Of a stretch of DNA of 64,000 nt, positions 42,063 to 52,432 are shown piece after piece. The DNA is from an uncultured Planctomycetota bacterium (GTDB lineage Bacteria; Planctomycetota; Planctomycetia; Isosphaerales; Isosphaeraceae). The translations under genes and the position numbers were made by a program. A model generated the notes under the pieces. The model did no database searches. It was not told the origin of the DNA and was given only the letters and a program-made list of their open reading frames with translations. Each line of letters begins with the position of its first letter. The stretch's first letter is position 1. The stretch covers positions 4,448,001-4,512,000 of the forward strand of contig CAVTTN010000002.1 of NCBI GenBank assembly GCA_963737655.1. The letters are read 5' to 3'.

Positions 42063-42434
42063 ATGGCCTCCAGCAGCATGGCGAGCAAGCCCCGCAAGGT
42101 GGTGCCCAAGATCCTGGCGGTGATCCACGCCGACGGGTGTACCGGTTGCGAGGCGTGCGTGGAGGTCTGCCCGGTCGAGTGCATCTACAAGGTGCCCGGC
42201 GAGGAGCATCCGAGCCTCCAGACCTGGTGCGACGTCGATCTGGACCGCTGCATCGGCTGCAAGCACTGCGCCCAGGTCTGCCCCTGGGACGCGATCGACA
42301 TGGTCTCGACCTTCGAGGCCGCCCAGCACGTGGCCGTCAAGGGCGGCCCGCCCGAATACGTCGAACGGCACTGGGACGACCTCGTGGACTCGGCCCAGAG
42401 GAACGCCCTGGCCCTGGGATCGAAGGGCAAGTAG
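42063..42434 (+). CDS. 2x[4Fe-4S] ferredoxin-like protein
   Basis: CTGCEACVEVCP and CIGCKHCAQVCP. Confidence 0.93.
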   Translation: MASSSMASKPRKVVPKILAVIHADGCTGCEACVEVCPVECIYKVPGEEHPSLQTWCDVDLDRCIGCKHCAQVCPWDAIDMVSTFEAAQHVAVKGGPPEYVERHWDDLVDSAQRNALALGSKGK

Positions 42435-42494
42435 CCCGGCCGATCGCGCCGATGCCCCGCCCTCCTGGCTTCTCGCGATCGATTGGCGCACTCG

Positions 42495-42557
42495 CTCGTA
42501 GGACAGGCCTCGGCCTGCCGATCGGCCAGGACGGCAGGCCGAGGCCCGCCCTACGAG
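42495..42557. repeat. GTAG-type REP doublet
   Basis: ctcgtaggacaggcctcggcctgcc ... ggcaggccgaggcccgccctacgag. Confidence 0.75.
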
Positions 42558-42677
42558 AAATCGACGTGTCCACGCGACCGCGTTCCGCCTACTGATCCCC
42601 GACCCGCCCTCCGTGCGCCCCGGACGCGACGGCCCGCCCCGTCGTCGCCGAGCCCTTTCCCCCTGGAGAATCCTCGA

Positions 42678-44127
42678 ATGAGTCGCCTCTCCCGCGTCTT
42701 CGGCCCCCTCGGCGTCGCCTCGGCGCTGGCCTTCGCCGGCTGCGGAGGCTCGGGCCAGGAGGCCGGCCCCCCCGCCTCCCCCGGCGGAACCTCCGAGCCG
42801 GCCGTGGTCCAGCACGACTCCAAAGGCAAGACCGGCGACGTCCCGGCCAAGGAGGTCACGCCGAACCGGTCGATCGACCCGAAGAAGGTCGTAGACGTCG
42901 TCGAGGCCGAGGTCAAGGGGGGCGAGGCCGAAAAAGGCCCGAGCCGCGTCGATCACCTCTGGCAGCTCCCCGACGTCTCGAAGGTCCAGGACGAAACGCT
43001 GGTCGTCGAGGTCCCCAAGGGCCTCCAGGCGTTGATGGTCAACATCAACGTCCCCGCCTCCAACCCCTTGACCAAGGGCAAGTTCGAGCTCGGTCGGCAG
43101 CTTTATTTCGACCCCCGCGTCTCGAAGGACGGCACGGTCTCCTGCGCCACCTGCCACAACCCGGAGCGCGGCTGGTCGGACAACATGAAGACGTCCATCG
43201 GCATCCTCGGCCAGGTCGGGGGCCGGAACGCCCCGGTGGTCACCAACACCGCCTACGGCAAGACCATGTTCTGGGACGGCCGGGCGCCGTCCCTGGAAGG
43301 CCAGGCCCAGGGGCCGATCCAGAACAAGATCGAGATGGGCGACCAGTCGTATGAACAGATCGTCGACCGCCTCCGCACCATCCCGGGCTACAAGGCACAG
43401 TTCGCCAAGGTGTTCGGCACCGACGTGACCCTCGACGGCATGTCCAAGGCCATCGCCACCTTCGAGAGGGTCGCCGCGCTCTCGGGCAACTCGCCCTATG
43501 ACCGCTACCTCGACACCGAGGACCCCAACCACAACAAGGCCCTGGACGAGAGCCAGAAGCGAGGGATGGTCCTCTTCGGCCTCCAGCTCAACGGCGACGA
43601 CGAGTACAAGCCGACGGTCCAGCTCAAGAAGGCCAACTGCACCGCCTGCCACGCCGGGTTCAACTTCACCGACGAGCAGTTCCACAACCTCGGAGTGGGC
43701 TGGGACGCCTCGGCGAACAAGTTGAAGGACGGCGGCCGGTACGAGGTCGAGCCGGTGGGGGCCAAGAACCCGGTGTCCCTCGGGGCGTTCAAGACGCCGA
43801 CCTGCCGGGACATCGAGAAGAGCGCCCCGTTCATGCACGACGGCAGCGAGCCGACCCTGGAAGCCGTGATCGACTACTACGACAAGGGCGGCAACCCGAA
43901 CCCGACGCTCGACCGCGACATCAAGCCGTTGAAGCTCACGCCCGACGAGAAGAAAGACCTCGTGGCGTTCCTGAAGGCGCTCGACGGGCGAGCCCTCGAA
44001 GCTCGCCGCCCTGCCCACGCTCCCCCCCGGCTCCGACGGCAAGAGCCCGGACCCGAAGAACGCCCTGGAGCCGCCCTCGGCCCCGAAGAAGGCCGATCTG
44101 GGGGACGTGCATCGGATGGTCCGGTAA
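42678..44127 (+). CDS. Di-heme cytochrome c peroxidase / MauG-family lipoprotein; probable +1 indel near 43986 (as given, the ORF runs to 44195)
   Basis: LAFAGC lipobox, LGRQLYFDP, SCATCH, FWDGRA..LE.QA.GP, CTACH, FKTPT, PFMHDG; removing one G gives a tail with better codon usage ending at TAA 44127. Confidence 0.9.
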
Positions 44128-44243
44128 CTGTCGCCGGGAAAATCGGGTCGATCGCGGGGGTGGGGTTTTCCCACCCCCGTCTCGTTTTCCGGTAGGATGG
44201 CCGAGAGAAGAGAGTGGTGGGCGGCCTGTGACCGCCGCTGGTC

Positions 44244-44290
44244 GGTGCATTTCATGCACCCTACTCGACGGTGCATTGCATGCACCCTAC
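44244..44290 (-). repeat. Two tandem GTAG-type REP palindromes
   Basis: ggtgcatttcatgcaccctac and ggtgcattgcatgcaccctac. Confidence 0.8.
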
Positions 44291-44300
44291 GGGATTGGTC

Positions 44301-47204
44301 ATGCGTCGCCTCCCCCCGCTGATCTGCCTGGCCGTCCTGGTCCTCGTGTGTTTCGGAGGCGTCCTGTTCCGCGGGGAGCAGTTCGGCTATCGGGACGCCG
44401 GGCATTATTACTATCCGCTGTATCAGCGCGTCCAGCAGGTCTGGGAATCGGGCCGATTGCCGCTCTGGGACGCCCGCGAAAACGCCGGGATGCCCCTGCT
44501 GGGCAACCCCACGGCGGCCGTCCTGTACCCGGGGAAGCTGATCTATGCCGTGATGCCCTATCCCTGGGCGGCGCGGATGTATGTGATCGCCCATACCTTG
44601 CTCGCCGCGCTCGGGATGTACCTCATGATGAGGAGCATGGGCGTCAGCGAGACCGGGTCGGCGATCGGCGGGCTCTCCTACGCCTTCGGCGCGCCGATCC
44701 TGTTCCAGTATTGCAACGTGATCTATCTCGTCGGCGCGGCCTGGGCGCCAATCGGCTTGATGGCGGCCGATCGGTGGCTGAGGCTGGGTCGTCGCGGGGC
44801 GATTGGGGGGCTGGCGGTCGTCCTGGCGATGGAGGTCCTGGGAGGAGACCCCGAGACGGCCTATTTGACGGGCCTCTGCGCCGGAGGATACGCGTTGGGC
44901 CTGGCCCGGTCGCGGCGGACGCGGAGAACTTCGGCCCGACCCTGGCCGAGGTGGGTCGTGCCGGCCCTCCTGGTGGTCGGGGTCGTGGCGTGGGTGGGCC
45001 TCACGCTGGGCTCGGCGCTGGTGTTTCCTCAATACCGGGCGAAGGCGTCGGTTGCGCCCCCATTGCCGTGGTCTCCGTGGGTGCCCCGGGTGCTCCTGGT
45101 CGTGTGGGCCGTGCTCTTCCTCGCCGCCCGCCGGTGGGCCGGGGCCCACGAATTCCGCTGGAGGTTTGACGGCCTGCTCGTCGCGGCCGTCCTGGCCGGG
45201 GGCCTGAGCGCCGCCGAGCTGGTCCCGGCCTCGGAGTACACGAGCCAGACCACCCGGGCCGCCGCCGACGGCATCCACGACATCTACCCGTTCAGCCTGG
45301 AGCCGTTCCGCGTCCTGGAATGCCTCTGGCCGGGCGCGTTCGGCTCCAACCGGGTCGCGCATCGGTCGTGGCTGTCGTGGGTCCTGCCCCGGCATACGGT
45401 GTCGGTCTGGGTGCCGTCGCTTTATGTCGGGGGGCTCACCTTGGTCCTCGGGGGCCTCGCGTTCTCGATCCGCAAGGGCGGGGCGCCTCGGGTCTGGCTC
45501 TCGGCGATCGTCGGGTTCAGCCTGGTGGGGAGCTTCGGCCAGTTCGCCAGCCCGCTGTACGCGGCCCGATGCGTCCGCGGGGCGGAGAAGGTCTTCGGCC
45601 CCCGGGACGAGCTGGAAGTCCCCCCGATCCGCCGAGATGGCCTCCTCCGCGACGGCGACGGCAGCCCGTATGGCCTGATGGCGATCGGCTTGCCCGGCTT
45701 CGCGTCGTTCCGCTATCCGAGCAAGCTGTTCGCGTTCACCTGCCTGGGCCTCTGCGGGCTGGCGGGGATGGGGTTCGACCTCTCGGGCGGGAGCGGATCG
45801 CGGAGGGCCTCCCGGGCCTCGTGGCTCCTGGCCGGGATCAGCCTGGTCGCCCTGGCCGCGCTCTCTCTCGGCAAGGCCGAGTTCGTGGCCTTCCTCGGGA
45901 AGAGGGCCGACCCCCGGGGGATCTCGGTCTACGGCCCGTTCCAGCCCGAAGGGGCGTGGGCCGAGACGAGGAACGCGCTGGCCCACGGCGTCGCGCTCTT
46001 CGTCGTCGGCGGGATCGTCTTGCGGGGGTTGGCGAAGGGGGTTCGGCACTCGGGAGCGGCCGTCCTCGCGGTGGTCACGGCCGACCTGCTCCTGGCCAAT
46101 TCCGGGCTGGTCCTGACCGTCCCCCAGACCGTCTTCGAGACCACGCCCGACCTCCTCCGGCGGATCGAGGAGGCCGAGAAGGCCGACCCCTCCCCCGGCC
46201 CGTTCCGCATCCACCGGATGGGCTACTGGGACAACTTCGGCTTCACCCGCCGAGGCTCCCCCGACCGCAACCGGGAGATGACCGTCTGGCAGCGAGACAC
46301 CCTCCAGCCCAAGTACGGGATGCCCCTGGGGGTCTCGTACACCCAGTCCGAGGGCGTGGGCGAGCTTTACCATTACTGGTGGTTCTTCTCGCCGTTCTAC
46401 ACCAGCAGCAATCTCGTGTACTACCCCCGTCGCGGGTTCGACCTCTGGAACACCCGCTATTTCATCGTCCCGTCGCTCAACGCCAACGACTCGAAGAGGG
46501 CCATCTCCTCGTTCCGGATCGACAGCACGCCGGTCTACCCCACCCCCGAGATCAGCCGAGACCCGAAGTTCGTCGATCGCTGGAACACGACCGAGGATTG
46601 GCGGCTCCTGAGGAACGATCGCGCCTATCCCCGGGCCTGGATCGTCCATTCGGCCCGGATCGTGGCGCCGGTCCCGAGCCTCCGGCGGTCCACGGCCCTG
46701 GAGAACCTGATGCTCGAGCTCGTCTATCAGGCCGATTCCCTCTGGAAGATGAAGAGCCGGCCGATGGTCTACGACCCCCGTCAAGTCGCCTGGGTCGAGA
46801 CCGACGATGCCTCCGCGCTCCTGAAGACCCTCTCCAACCGCCCGAGCGACGCGTCCGAGACGGCGAAGGTCGTGGTCCTGGAGGATGAGCGGGTCGAGAT
46901 CGACGTGAAGCTGGATAGCCCCGGGATCGTCGTCCTCTCGGACATCTATTTCCCCGGCTGGGAGATGACGATCGACCGCAAGCCGGCGCCGATCCTCAAG
47001 ACCAACCACATGATGAGGGGCGCGCTGGTGCCGTCCGGCCCGCATCGCCTGGTCTATCGCTACCGGCCGAAATCCGTGGTCTCCGGGTTCGCGCTGTCCG
47101 GGATCGGCCTGATCGGGCTGATCGCGACGGCGATCTGGGCCCGGAGGGGGCGTCCATCGCCCGAAGGGCCTCGCGACCCACTGCTCCGGGGAGTTTCGCC
47201 ATGA
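44301..47204 (+). CDS. YfhO-family multi-pass membrane protein (putative GT-C glycosyltransferase)
   Basis: GRLPLWD...G.PLLGNP....LYP, many TM segments, C-terminal VVLSDIYFPGW...N..MRG..VP.G.H. Confidence 0.85.
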   Translation: MRRLPPLICLAVLVLVCFGGVLFRGEQFGYRDAGHYYYPLYQRVQQVWESGRLPLWDARENAGMPLLGNPTAAVLYPGKLIYAVMPYPWAARMYVIAHTLLAALGMYLMMRSMGVSETGSAIGGLSYAFGAPILFQYCNVIYLVGAAWAPIGLMAADRWLRLGRRGAIGGLAVVLAMEVLGGDPETAYLTGLCAGGYALGLARSRRTRRTSARPWPRWVVPALLVVGVVAWVGLTLGSALVFPQYRAKASVAPPLPWSPWVPRVLLVVWAVLFLAARRWAGAHEFRWRFDGLLVAAVLAGGLSAAELVPASEYTSQTTRAAADGIHDIYPFSLEPFRVLECLWPGAFGSNRVAHRSWLSWVLPRHTVSVWVPSLYVGGLTLVLGGLAFSIRKGGAPRVWLSAIVGFSLVGSFGQFASPLYAARCVRGAEKVFGPRDELEVPPIRRDGLLRDGDGSPYGLMAIGLPGFASFRYPSKLFAFTCLGLCGLAGMGFDLSGGSGSRRASRASWLLAGISLVALAALSLGKAEFVAFLGKRADPRGISVYGPFQPEGAWAETRNALAHGVALFVVGGIVLRGLAKGVRHSGAAVLAVVTADLLLANSGLVLTVPQTVFETTPDLLRRIEEAEKADPSPGPFRIHRMGYWDNFGFTRRGSPDRNREMTVWQRDTLQPKYGMPLGVSYTQSEGVGELYHYWWFFSPFYTSSNLVYYPRRGFDLWNTRYFIVPSLNANDSKRAISSFRIDSTPVYPTPEISRDPKFVDRWNTTEDWRLLRNDRAYPRAWIVHSARIVAPVPSLRRSTALENLMLELVYQADSLWKMKSRPMVYDPRQVAWVETDDASALLKTLSNRPSDASETAKVVVLEDERVEIDVKLDSPGIVVLSDIYFPGWEMTIDRKPAPILKTNHMMRGALVPSGPHRLVYRYRPKSVVSGFALSGIGLIGLIATAIWARRGRPSPEGPRDPLLRGVSP

Positions 47205-47884
47205 TCGCCCGATTCGCCCTTGTCCTGGCCCTCGCCCTGGGCTCCTCCGCGATGGCCCAGACACCCAAACAACCCAGGGTCCAGCCCGGCCCGATGGAGC
47301 CGGACCTCGCCGTGGTCCTCGAAACCCTGTACGGGCTGAAGACGTTCGACGACCTGAAAAACCCGGTCGAGACCGCCGTGGAGGCCACTCCGGGCCTCTT
47401 CCGCAAGGCCGGGCCGGGGCCGGTCACGTTCCGGCCGGTCGTCGCCCTGGGCCTCGAAGTGCCGATCCGCGGCGGGTTCTATCCTCAGGGAGACGACGCG
47501 AAGCTCCAGGAGCTCTGGTCCTACAAGTTCAAGAACACCACCAAGGACATCGAAACGAAAACGAACCTCCCGCCCCCGCTGAGCGAAGGATCGAAGGCGG
47601 ACTTCGACCCGGGCGAGGGGGCGATCTTCGGCCTCTGGATCGGCAACGACCAGTTCCAGGACCGGGTCTATTCCGAACCGGCCTTGGTGAAGCTCCGCAG
47701 CCCGCGACTGGCGAAGCAACCGTACAAGGCGATGATCTATCCGTTCCGCGACAAGAGCACCGGCAAGCTCGTGCCGAACAGCTATCTGATCGGCTGGGAA
47801 TACTCGACGAACGACGACTTCCAGGACGTCATGACGCGGATTGACAACGTGGAGCTGGTGGCGGAAAAGACTGCGGGGAAGTGA
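47201..47884 (+). CDS. Secreted hypothetical protein (DUF4114-like C-terminal motif)
   Basis: Signal peptide; YLIGWE...DDFQDV. Confidence 0.7.
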   Translation: MIARFALVLALALGSSAMAQTPKQPRVQPGPMEPDLAVVLETLYGLKTFDDLKNPVETAVEATPGLFRKAGPGPVTFRPVVALGLEVPIRGGFYPQGDDAKLQELWSYKFKNTTKDIETKTNLPPPLSEGSKADFDPGEGAIFGLWIGNDQFQDRVYSEPALVKLRSPRLAKQPYKAMIYPFRDKSTGKLVPNSYLIGWEYSTNDDFQDVMTRIDNVELVAEKTAGK

Positions 47885-48028
47885 CGATTGGGGGGGATTT
47901 TGCGGGTCCCGCCCGACCCTTGCATTCAGGCATGCGCCACCCGCTTTCCTCGGGCGGGAAACTCGGGTATGGTGATCGTCGAGGGCGTCTCGCGGAGGGG
48001 ACGGATCTTGCCCGAGGGGACGGCGACG

Positions 48029-49780
48029 ATGGGACCGTGGGTTCTGGTCTGCTCGGGTTGCGGAGCGAGGATCCGGACGGCCCGCCCCGGGGCCTGGGCC
48101 GGCCGCGCCTGCCCGACCTGCTCGGCCCCCCTGTCCCGGGCGAGGATCGCCGAGGCCCCGATCGCCTCGACCCTGCCCACCGGCTGGCTCGGCCTGGCCG
48201 TGGCGGTCTTGGGGACGGTCCTCGGCTCGGTCTTCCTCCTGACCTCGCCCGAGGACACCCGGCCGACGATCGCCCCGGGCGTGGGGGCGTCGCGGGCGGT
48301 CCTCCGGGACGGCCTCCGGTTCGAGCCCCAGCCGGTGATGGCCCGGGTCGAGCCGAAGACCCCGGCGGCGGTGATCGCCCCGGTCGAGAGGGCCTCGCCT
48401 CGACCTCCCGAGCGGCCCTCGCCGCCTCCCCCCCATCGCGACGACCCGCTGCCCCCCCCTCCCGCCTCCGTCCCGCTCGCCTCGAACCCGCCGCCGCCAC
48501 CGCCCCGACCGGCCGAAGCGGTCGTCCTGGGCCCGAAGCGCGTCCGCGTGGGGGACGAGCACGGCCGCCCGCTGGTCGCCCGGGTTTATGGAGGCGACGG
48601 CTCGAAGGTCGTGATGCTCCCCGACGGCTCGCTCGGCTGGCCCAACCGGATGGTCTTCACCGACGAGCCGTTCCGCCCGTTCGACGCCGACGAGCTGGAA
48701 GACCGCCTCCTCCGCGGCGAGTTCCGCGGCTTCCGCGTCCTGAGGACCCCGCATTACCTGATCGTCCACCACACCGAATCCTTCGCGTTCGCCCGGGATA
48801 GCGGGACGCTGCTGGAAAGCCTCTACGCCGGCCTCCTCAAGGCGTTCAAGGAACGAGGGCTGAACGTCCACGAGGCCGAATTCCCCCTGGTCGCCGTGAT
48901 CTATCGGACCGAGAGGGAATTCCGAGAGCGCCGGCAGGTCGATCCGGACATCCAGGCGTACTACGAGACGATGAGCAACCGGATCGTCTTCTACCAGACC
49001 AAGGAGCACGACCTCGAGCCGCCGGAGGTCGCCGCGAGGCGGAGGCCGCAGACCGTCGCCCACGAAGGGACGCATCAGATCCTCAACAACATCGGCGTCC
49101 AGCCCCGGCTGGCGAGGTGGCCGCTCTGGCTGGTCGAAGGGCTGGCCGAATACTGCGCCCCGACCGTCACCAAGAAGGGCAACTGGGCCGGGTTCAAGCA
49201 CGTGAACCCGTTCCACATGGCCACCCTCGACGACCTCAAGGACACGCTGGCCCTCCAGGTCCGCAACCCGAGATCGACGAGGAACCGGATCGGCCGGAAC
49301 CCGGACCGCTCGATGGTCGAGTACCTGGTGACCCGAGAGCACCTCTCGCCCACCGATTACGCCCTGGCCTGGGCCCTGACCCACTTCCTCGCCAGCCGCA
49401 AGTACGACGAGTTCGTGGCTTATCTCAAGGACATGAGCGCCATGCCCCCGCTCGTGGACCAGACCCCCGAGGAACGCAAGGCCGCCTTCCAGGATCGGTT
49501 CGGCGCGGACTTCCCGGCGCTGGACCGCCAGGTCCACAAGCACCTTTCGGGCCTGAAGTACGACCCTCCGGCCCACTACGCGGTGATCTTCGAGAAGCCG
49601 ATCGGCCGAGGAGGGCTGGTCCGCCGGGGGACGCTCGTCAGCCAGTCTCCCCTGGTGATCCGCCAGTGGCTCGACGAGATGGACGACGAGGGCGGAGGCG
49701 CCTCGGCCTGGGAGATCTGGCCGTTCCCCAGCCGCTCGGCGGCGTGGAAGGCCGCCGAGCAATGGCTCCAGAGCCGATGA
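48029..49780 (+). CDS. DUF1570 domain protein (zincin-like) with N-terminal zinc ribbon and TM anchor
   Basis: CSGC...CPTC, TM segment, Pro-rich linker, TVAHEGTHQ..NIGVQ.R...PLWLVEGLAEY, YALAWALTHFL. Confidence 0.85.
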   Translation: MGPWVLVCSGCGARIRTARPGAWAGRACPTCSAPLSRARIAEAPIASTLPTGWLGLAVAVLGTVLGSVFLLTSPEDTRPTIAPGVGASRAVLRDGLRFEPQPVMARVEPKTPAAVIAPVERASPRPPERPSPPPPHRDDPLPPPPASVPLASNPPPPPPRPAEAVVLGPKRVRVGDEHGRPLVARVYGGDGSKVVMLPDGSLGWPNRMVFTDEPFRPFDADELEDRLLRGEFRGFRVLRTPHYLIVHHTESFAFARDSGTLLESLYAGLLKAFKERGLNVHEAEFPLVAVIYRTEREFRERRQVDPDIQAYYETMSNRIVFYQTKEHDLEPPEVAARRRPQTVAHEGTHQILNNIGVQPRLARWPLWLVEGLAEYCAPTVTKKGNWAGFKHVNPFHMATLDDLKDTLALQVRNPRSTRNRIGRNPDRSMVEYLVTREHLSPTDYALAWALTHFLASRKYDEFVAYLKDMSAMPPLVDQTPEERKAAFQDRFGADFPALDRQVHKHLSGLKYDPPAHYAVIFEKPIGRGGLVRRGTLVSQSPLVIRQWLDEMDDEGGGASAWEIWPFPSRSAAWKAAEQWLQSR

Positions 49781-49816
49781 CGCCGGGTCCGGGAGCGTGC
49801 TTTCGATCGGAATCCG

Positions 49817-49850
49817 GGGTGGCATGCTCACGTCTTCGTGAGCATGTCTT
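49817..49850 (+). repeat. REP family A, left arm
   Basis: gggtggcatgctcacgtcttcgtgagcatgtctt. Confidence 0.88.
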
Positions 49851-49964
49851 TGTTCGAAATCGACTGCGCTTTGCCTTTATCGACTGCGCTTTGCCTTTTT
49901 AGCTGCCCTGAAATTCAACCTCGCCCCTCTGCGTTGTGATTCACTGGGCCGCGTCGCGTTTCGT

Positions 49965-50306
49965 TCATTTGGACTCGGGCGGTTCGGGCGCGACGGGGAG
50001 CCAGGGGTGGTGGGCGGCTCGATCATATTTGCGTGCCTTGTCCGCCATCCAGCTTGCCTGACGACGCATCAAACTGGTGTCCTCGACCGCCGCCCCTTCC
50101 CGGATTCCGAGCGCGTCCATCGCGGATTGGCGACCATCGGCTTGCCGACCCGTCCACTTCGCAAGGTCGGCCCAGCGATATGCCTCCGCCGCTCGGTCGC
50201 GCGATACCTGCAACAAGCGCATCGTCTCGAGCGCGACCCAAAGGCCAATGGCCACGACAGCCACGACGACCATCATCCACCGCACGGTGAACCGGAGTCG
50301 GGGCAT
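49965..50306 (-). CDS. Small membrane-anchored hypothetical protein (RFTVR...KY.RAA..PWLPV type)
   Basis: GAGG RBS; MPRLRFTVRWMMVVVAVVAIGL TM start; KYDRAAHHPWLPVAPEPP end. Confidence 0.75.
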   Translation of the reverse strand: MPRLRFTVRWMMVVVAVVAIGLWVALETMRLLQVSRDRAAEAYRWADLAKWTGRQADGRQSAMDALGIREGAAVEDTSLMRRQASWMADKARKYDRAAHHPWLPVAPEPPESK

Positions 50307-50540
50307 GGCGTCGGTCCTCGCGGCTGACCTGAACACGATCGCGCCTTCACTACACACGCCAACCAGGGGGACGCCGATTCGGCCACGGGATCGGCGGGAA
50401 TTCAGACCGGTCGTCTCACTCGGGATTTGCCGCCCGATCCGCCCACGTTAAAGTGAACGAAAGTGGTCTGCCTTTTGATTGGGGTGGCAGTCACCACAAC
50501 GCGTGCCTTTATTTAATAAAAGAGCAAAGCCGATCGGGTG

Positions 50541-50575
50541 GAAGACATGCTCACGAAGACGTGAGCATGCCACCC
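50541..50575 (-). repeat. REP family A, right arm (reverse complement of 49817-49850)
   Basis: gaagacatgctcacgaagacgtgagcatgccaccc. Confidence 0.88.
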
Positions 50576-50595
50576 GGGGAGGGATAGGGCCGACC

Positions 50596-50862
50596 TCAGA
50601 CGGCCGCGGCGTCGCGGATCGACTCGGCCGCGATGCTGGCGATCTGGAGGACGGTCTGAGGGCCTCGGGCCAGGCCCGGGCTCTCCAGGACCAGCACGCC
50701 GTAGGGCGACTTCGCCTCCGACCGATGCTCCGGGTCGCTGTCGGCCCGCGAGAGCCGGCCCTGGAAGATCGACCCGCCGTAGTCCACGCGGATCACCGGG
50801 CAGCGCGTCCCCTGCTTCCGGCGGATCGCGACGAGCTTCTCGTGGCATTCGTCGAACGTCAT
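50596..50862 (-). CDS. Small hypothetical protein (possible Sm/LSm-like fold)
   Basis: GGAGG RBS; MTFDECHEKL...VIRVDYGGSIFQGRL..AD...VLVLE. Confidence 0.75.
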   Translation of the reverse strand: MTFDECHEKLVAIRRKQGTRCPVIRVDYGGSIFQGRLSRADSDPEHRSEAKSPYGVLVLESPGLARGPQTVLQIASIAAESIRDAAAV

Positions 50863-50995
50863 CGTATTCCTCCGTGAGTGATGACCACCGCATGGGCAAT
50901 CCCCGGCGATCATCGCGGTTCGGGCCGGATCGGTCAAGAGGGGCGGTCCCGCTCTCAGGGCCGTTTCCTTCTCCGAGAGGTATCGGCCGGAAACC

Positions 50996-51077
50996 TTTTG
51001 GGTGGCACGGGTTCCGGCTTCGGGACCCGTGAGGGCGAGGCCACGGGTCCCGAAGCCGGATCCCGTGCCACCCAAAA
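50996..51077. repeat. GTGG-type REP doublet, family B
   Basis: ttttgggtggcacgggttccggcttcgggacccgtg ... cacgggtcccgaagccggatcccgtgccacccaaaa. Confidence 0.85.
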
Positions 51078-51124
51078 ACCTTCGGAGGAATCTTCCACCT
51101 AGAAGGAAACGGCCCTGTCCGCCC

Positions 51125-52246
51125 TCAAACGATCTCCTCGCGAGACACCACCCTCCGCTCGTCCACGGCCGTTCGCACCAGGAGGCCGGTGACGACCGCC
51201 TCCTTGGCCTCGGCCAGGGAGATCGGCGGGGGCGTGGGCTCGGGGCTTCGGATCGCGGCGACGAACGCTTCGAGGGCGAGCCGGGTCTCGGGCAGGTTGC
51301 CCGGGTGGATCGTCTTCCTCGGGCGCGAGCGGTCGCGGGGCGTGGCGGTCCCGGAGCCGAAGTCGAACCCTCCGGCCGAGGCCACGACTCGGAGCGAGAC
51401 CCCGGTGAAGGCGTCGTCGGCCGGGTCGATCCAGGAGTGGGTCATCGACGCCACAAATCCCGAATCCCACTGAAGATGCGCCGAGTACCAGTCGGTCACG
51501 TCGCGATCCGGCTGGATCGATCGGAAGACATCCCGGCGGCCGGTCCCGATCGCCCTCGAAGGCGGCCCCCCGGCGATCCCGTGGAGGACGTCCCACACGT
51601 GGACCGCCTGCTCGACCATCCAGTCTCCGGAGCGATCCCGACGGGCCAGCCACCCGCCGTGGCCGGAGACCGGGCCGTTGCTGGACGACCAGACGGCCCT
51701 CGCCTCGATCGGCTCGCCCAGGTCGCCCCGGCGGAGCAGCTCGACGCCGTCGCGATACCGGGGGTTGGATCGCCTCTGGTGCCCCACGTGGACGGCCAGG
51801 TCGGGGCGGCGGGCCGCCTCGGCGATCAGGGCGTCACACTGGCCGACCGTCAGGGCCAGGGGTTTCTCGGCGTAGAGGTGCTTGCCCGCCCGGAGGGCCT
51901 CGCGATCGAGCTCGGCGTGGAGGTCGCAGGGCGTCGCGACGAGGACGGCCTCCACGTCGCCCCGTTCGAAGACCCGGAGGGCCGAATCGACGGCCTCGGG
52001 CCGGATGCCGGCGGCCTTCTCGGCGATCCCCTGCCCTCGAATCCGGTGCTTGAGCTCGGGGTCGGCCAGGGCGACGACCTCGACGCCCGGCAGCTCCAGG
52101 GCCGCCCGCAGGAGGGCCGTCCCGCGTCCTCCCAGGCCCACCAGCCCCAGCCTCACCGAGCGGTTCGAGGCCGCCTCCGCCCCCGGTCCATTGGCCAGGG
52201 CGATCCCGGCGGCGGCCGAGTAGCCGAGGAAGCCTCGGCGGTTCAT
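51125..52246 (-). CDS. Gfo/Idh/MocA oxidoreductase, Tat-exported
   Basis: NRRGFL, GLVGLGGRG, ATPCDLH, GKHLYAEKP, VGHQRR. Confidence 0.92.
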   Translation of the reverse strand: MNRRGFLGYSAAAGIALANGPGAEAASNRSVRLGLVGLGGRGTALLRAALELPGVEVVALADPELKHRIRGQGIAEKAAGIRPEAVDSALRVFERGDVEAVLVATPCDLHAELDREALRAGKHLYAEKPLALTVGQCDALIAEAARRPDLAVHVGHQRRSNPRYRDGVELLRRGDLGEPIEARAVWSSSNGPVSGHGGWLARRDRSGDWMVEQAVHVWDVLHGIAGGPPSRAIGTGRRDVFRSIQPDRDVTDWYSAHLQWDSGFVASMTHSWIDPADDAFTGVSLRVVASAGGFDFGSGTATPRDRSRPRKTIHPGNLPETRLALEAFVAAIRSPEPTPPPISLAEAKEAVVTGLLVRTAVDERRVVSREEIV

Positions 52247-52432
52247 GCGGATCGGGGGCATCGGCGGGAGATCCATGGGGGCGCGCGGTCCGTTCCGAAG
52301 GTCAGTGTATCGCGGACGGTCCCTCCGGGACAAGCGAGGACGCGCGAAGACGCCCTTCATGATACAATGGCCCGTCCCCGGGACGGGGGTTCGGTTCGGC
52401 GAGGGCGGCGAGAGAGAGGCCGGGGGGGCCGG

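Noticed and set aside
42018..47264. Very long antisense ORFs (for example 1748 aa here, also 21898-24918, 12288-15080 and 4434-7325)
   Set aside because: Shadow ORFs caused by high-GC codon bias opposite well-supported genes; no recognisable motifs
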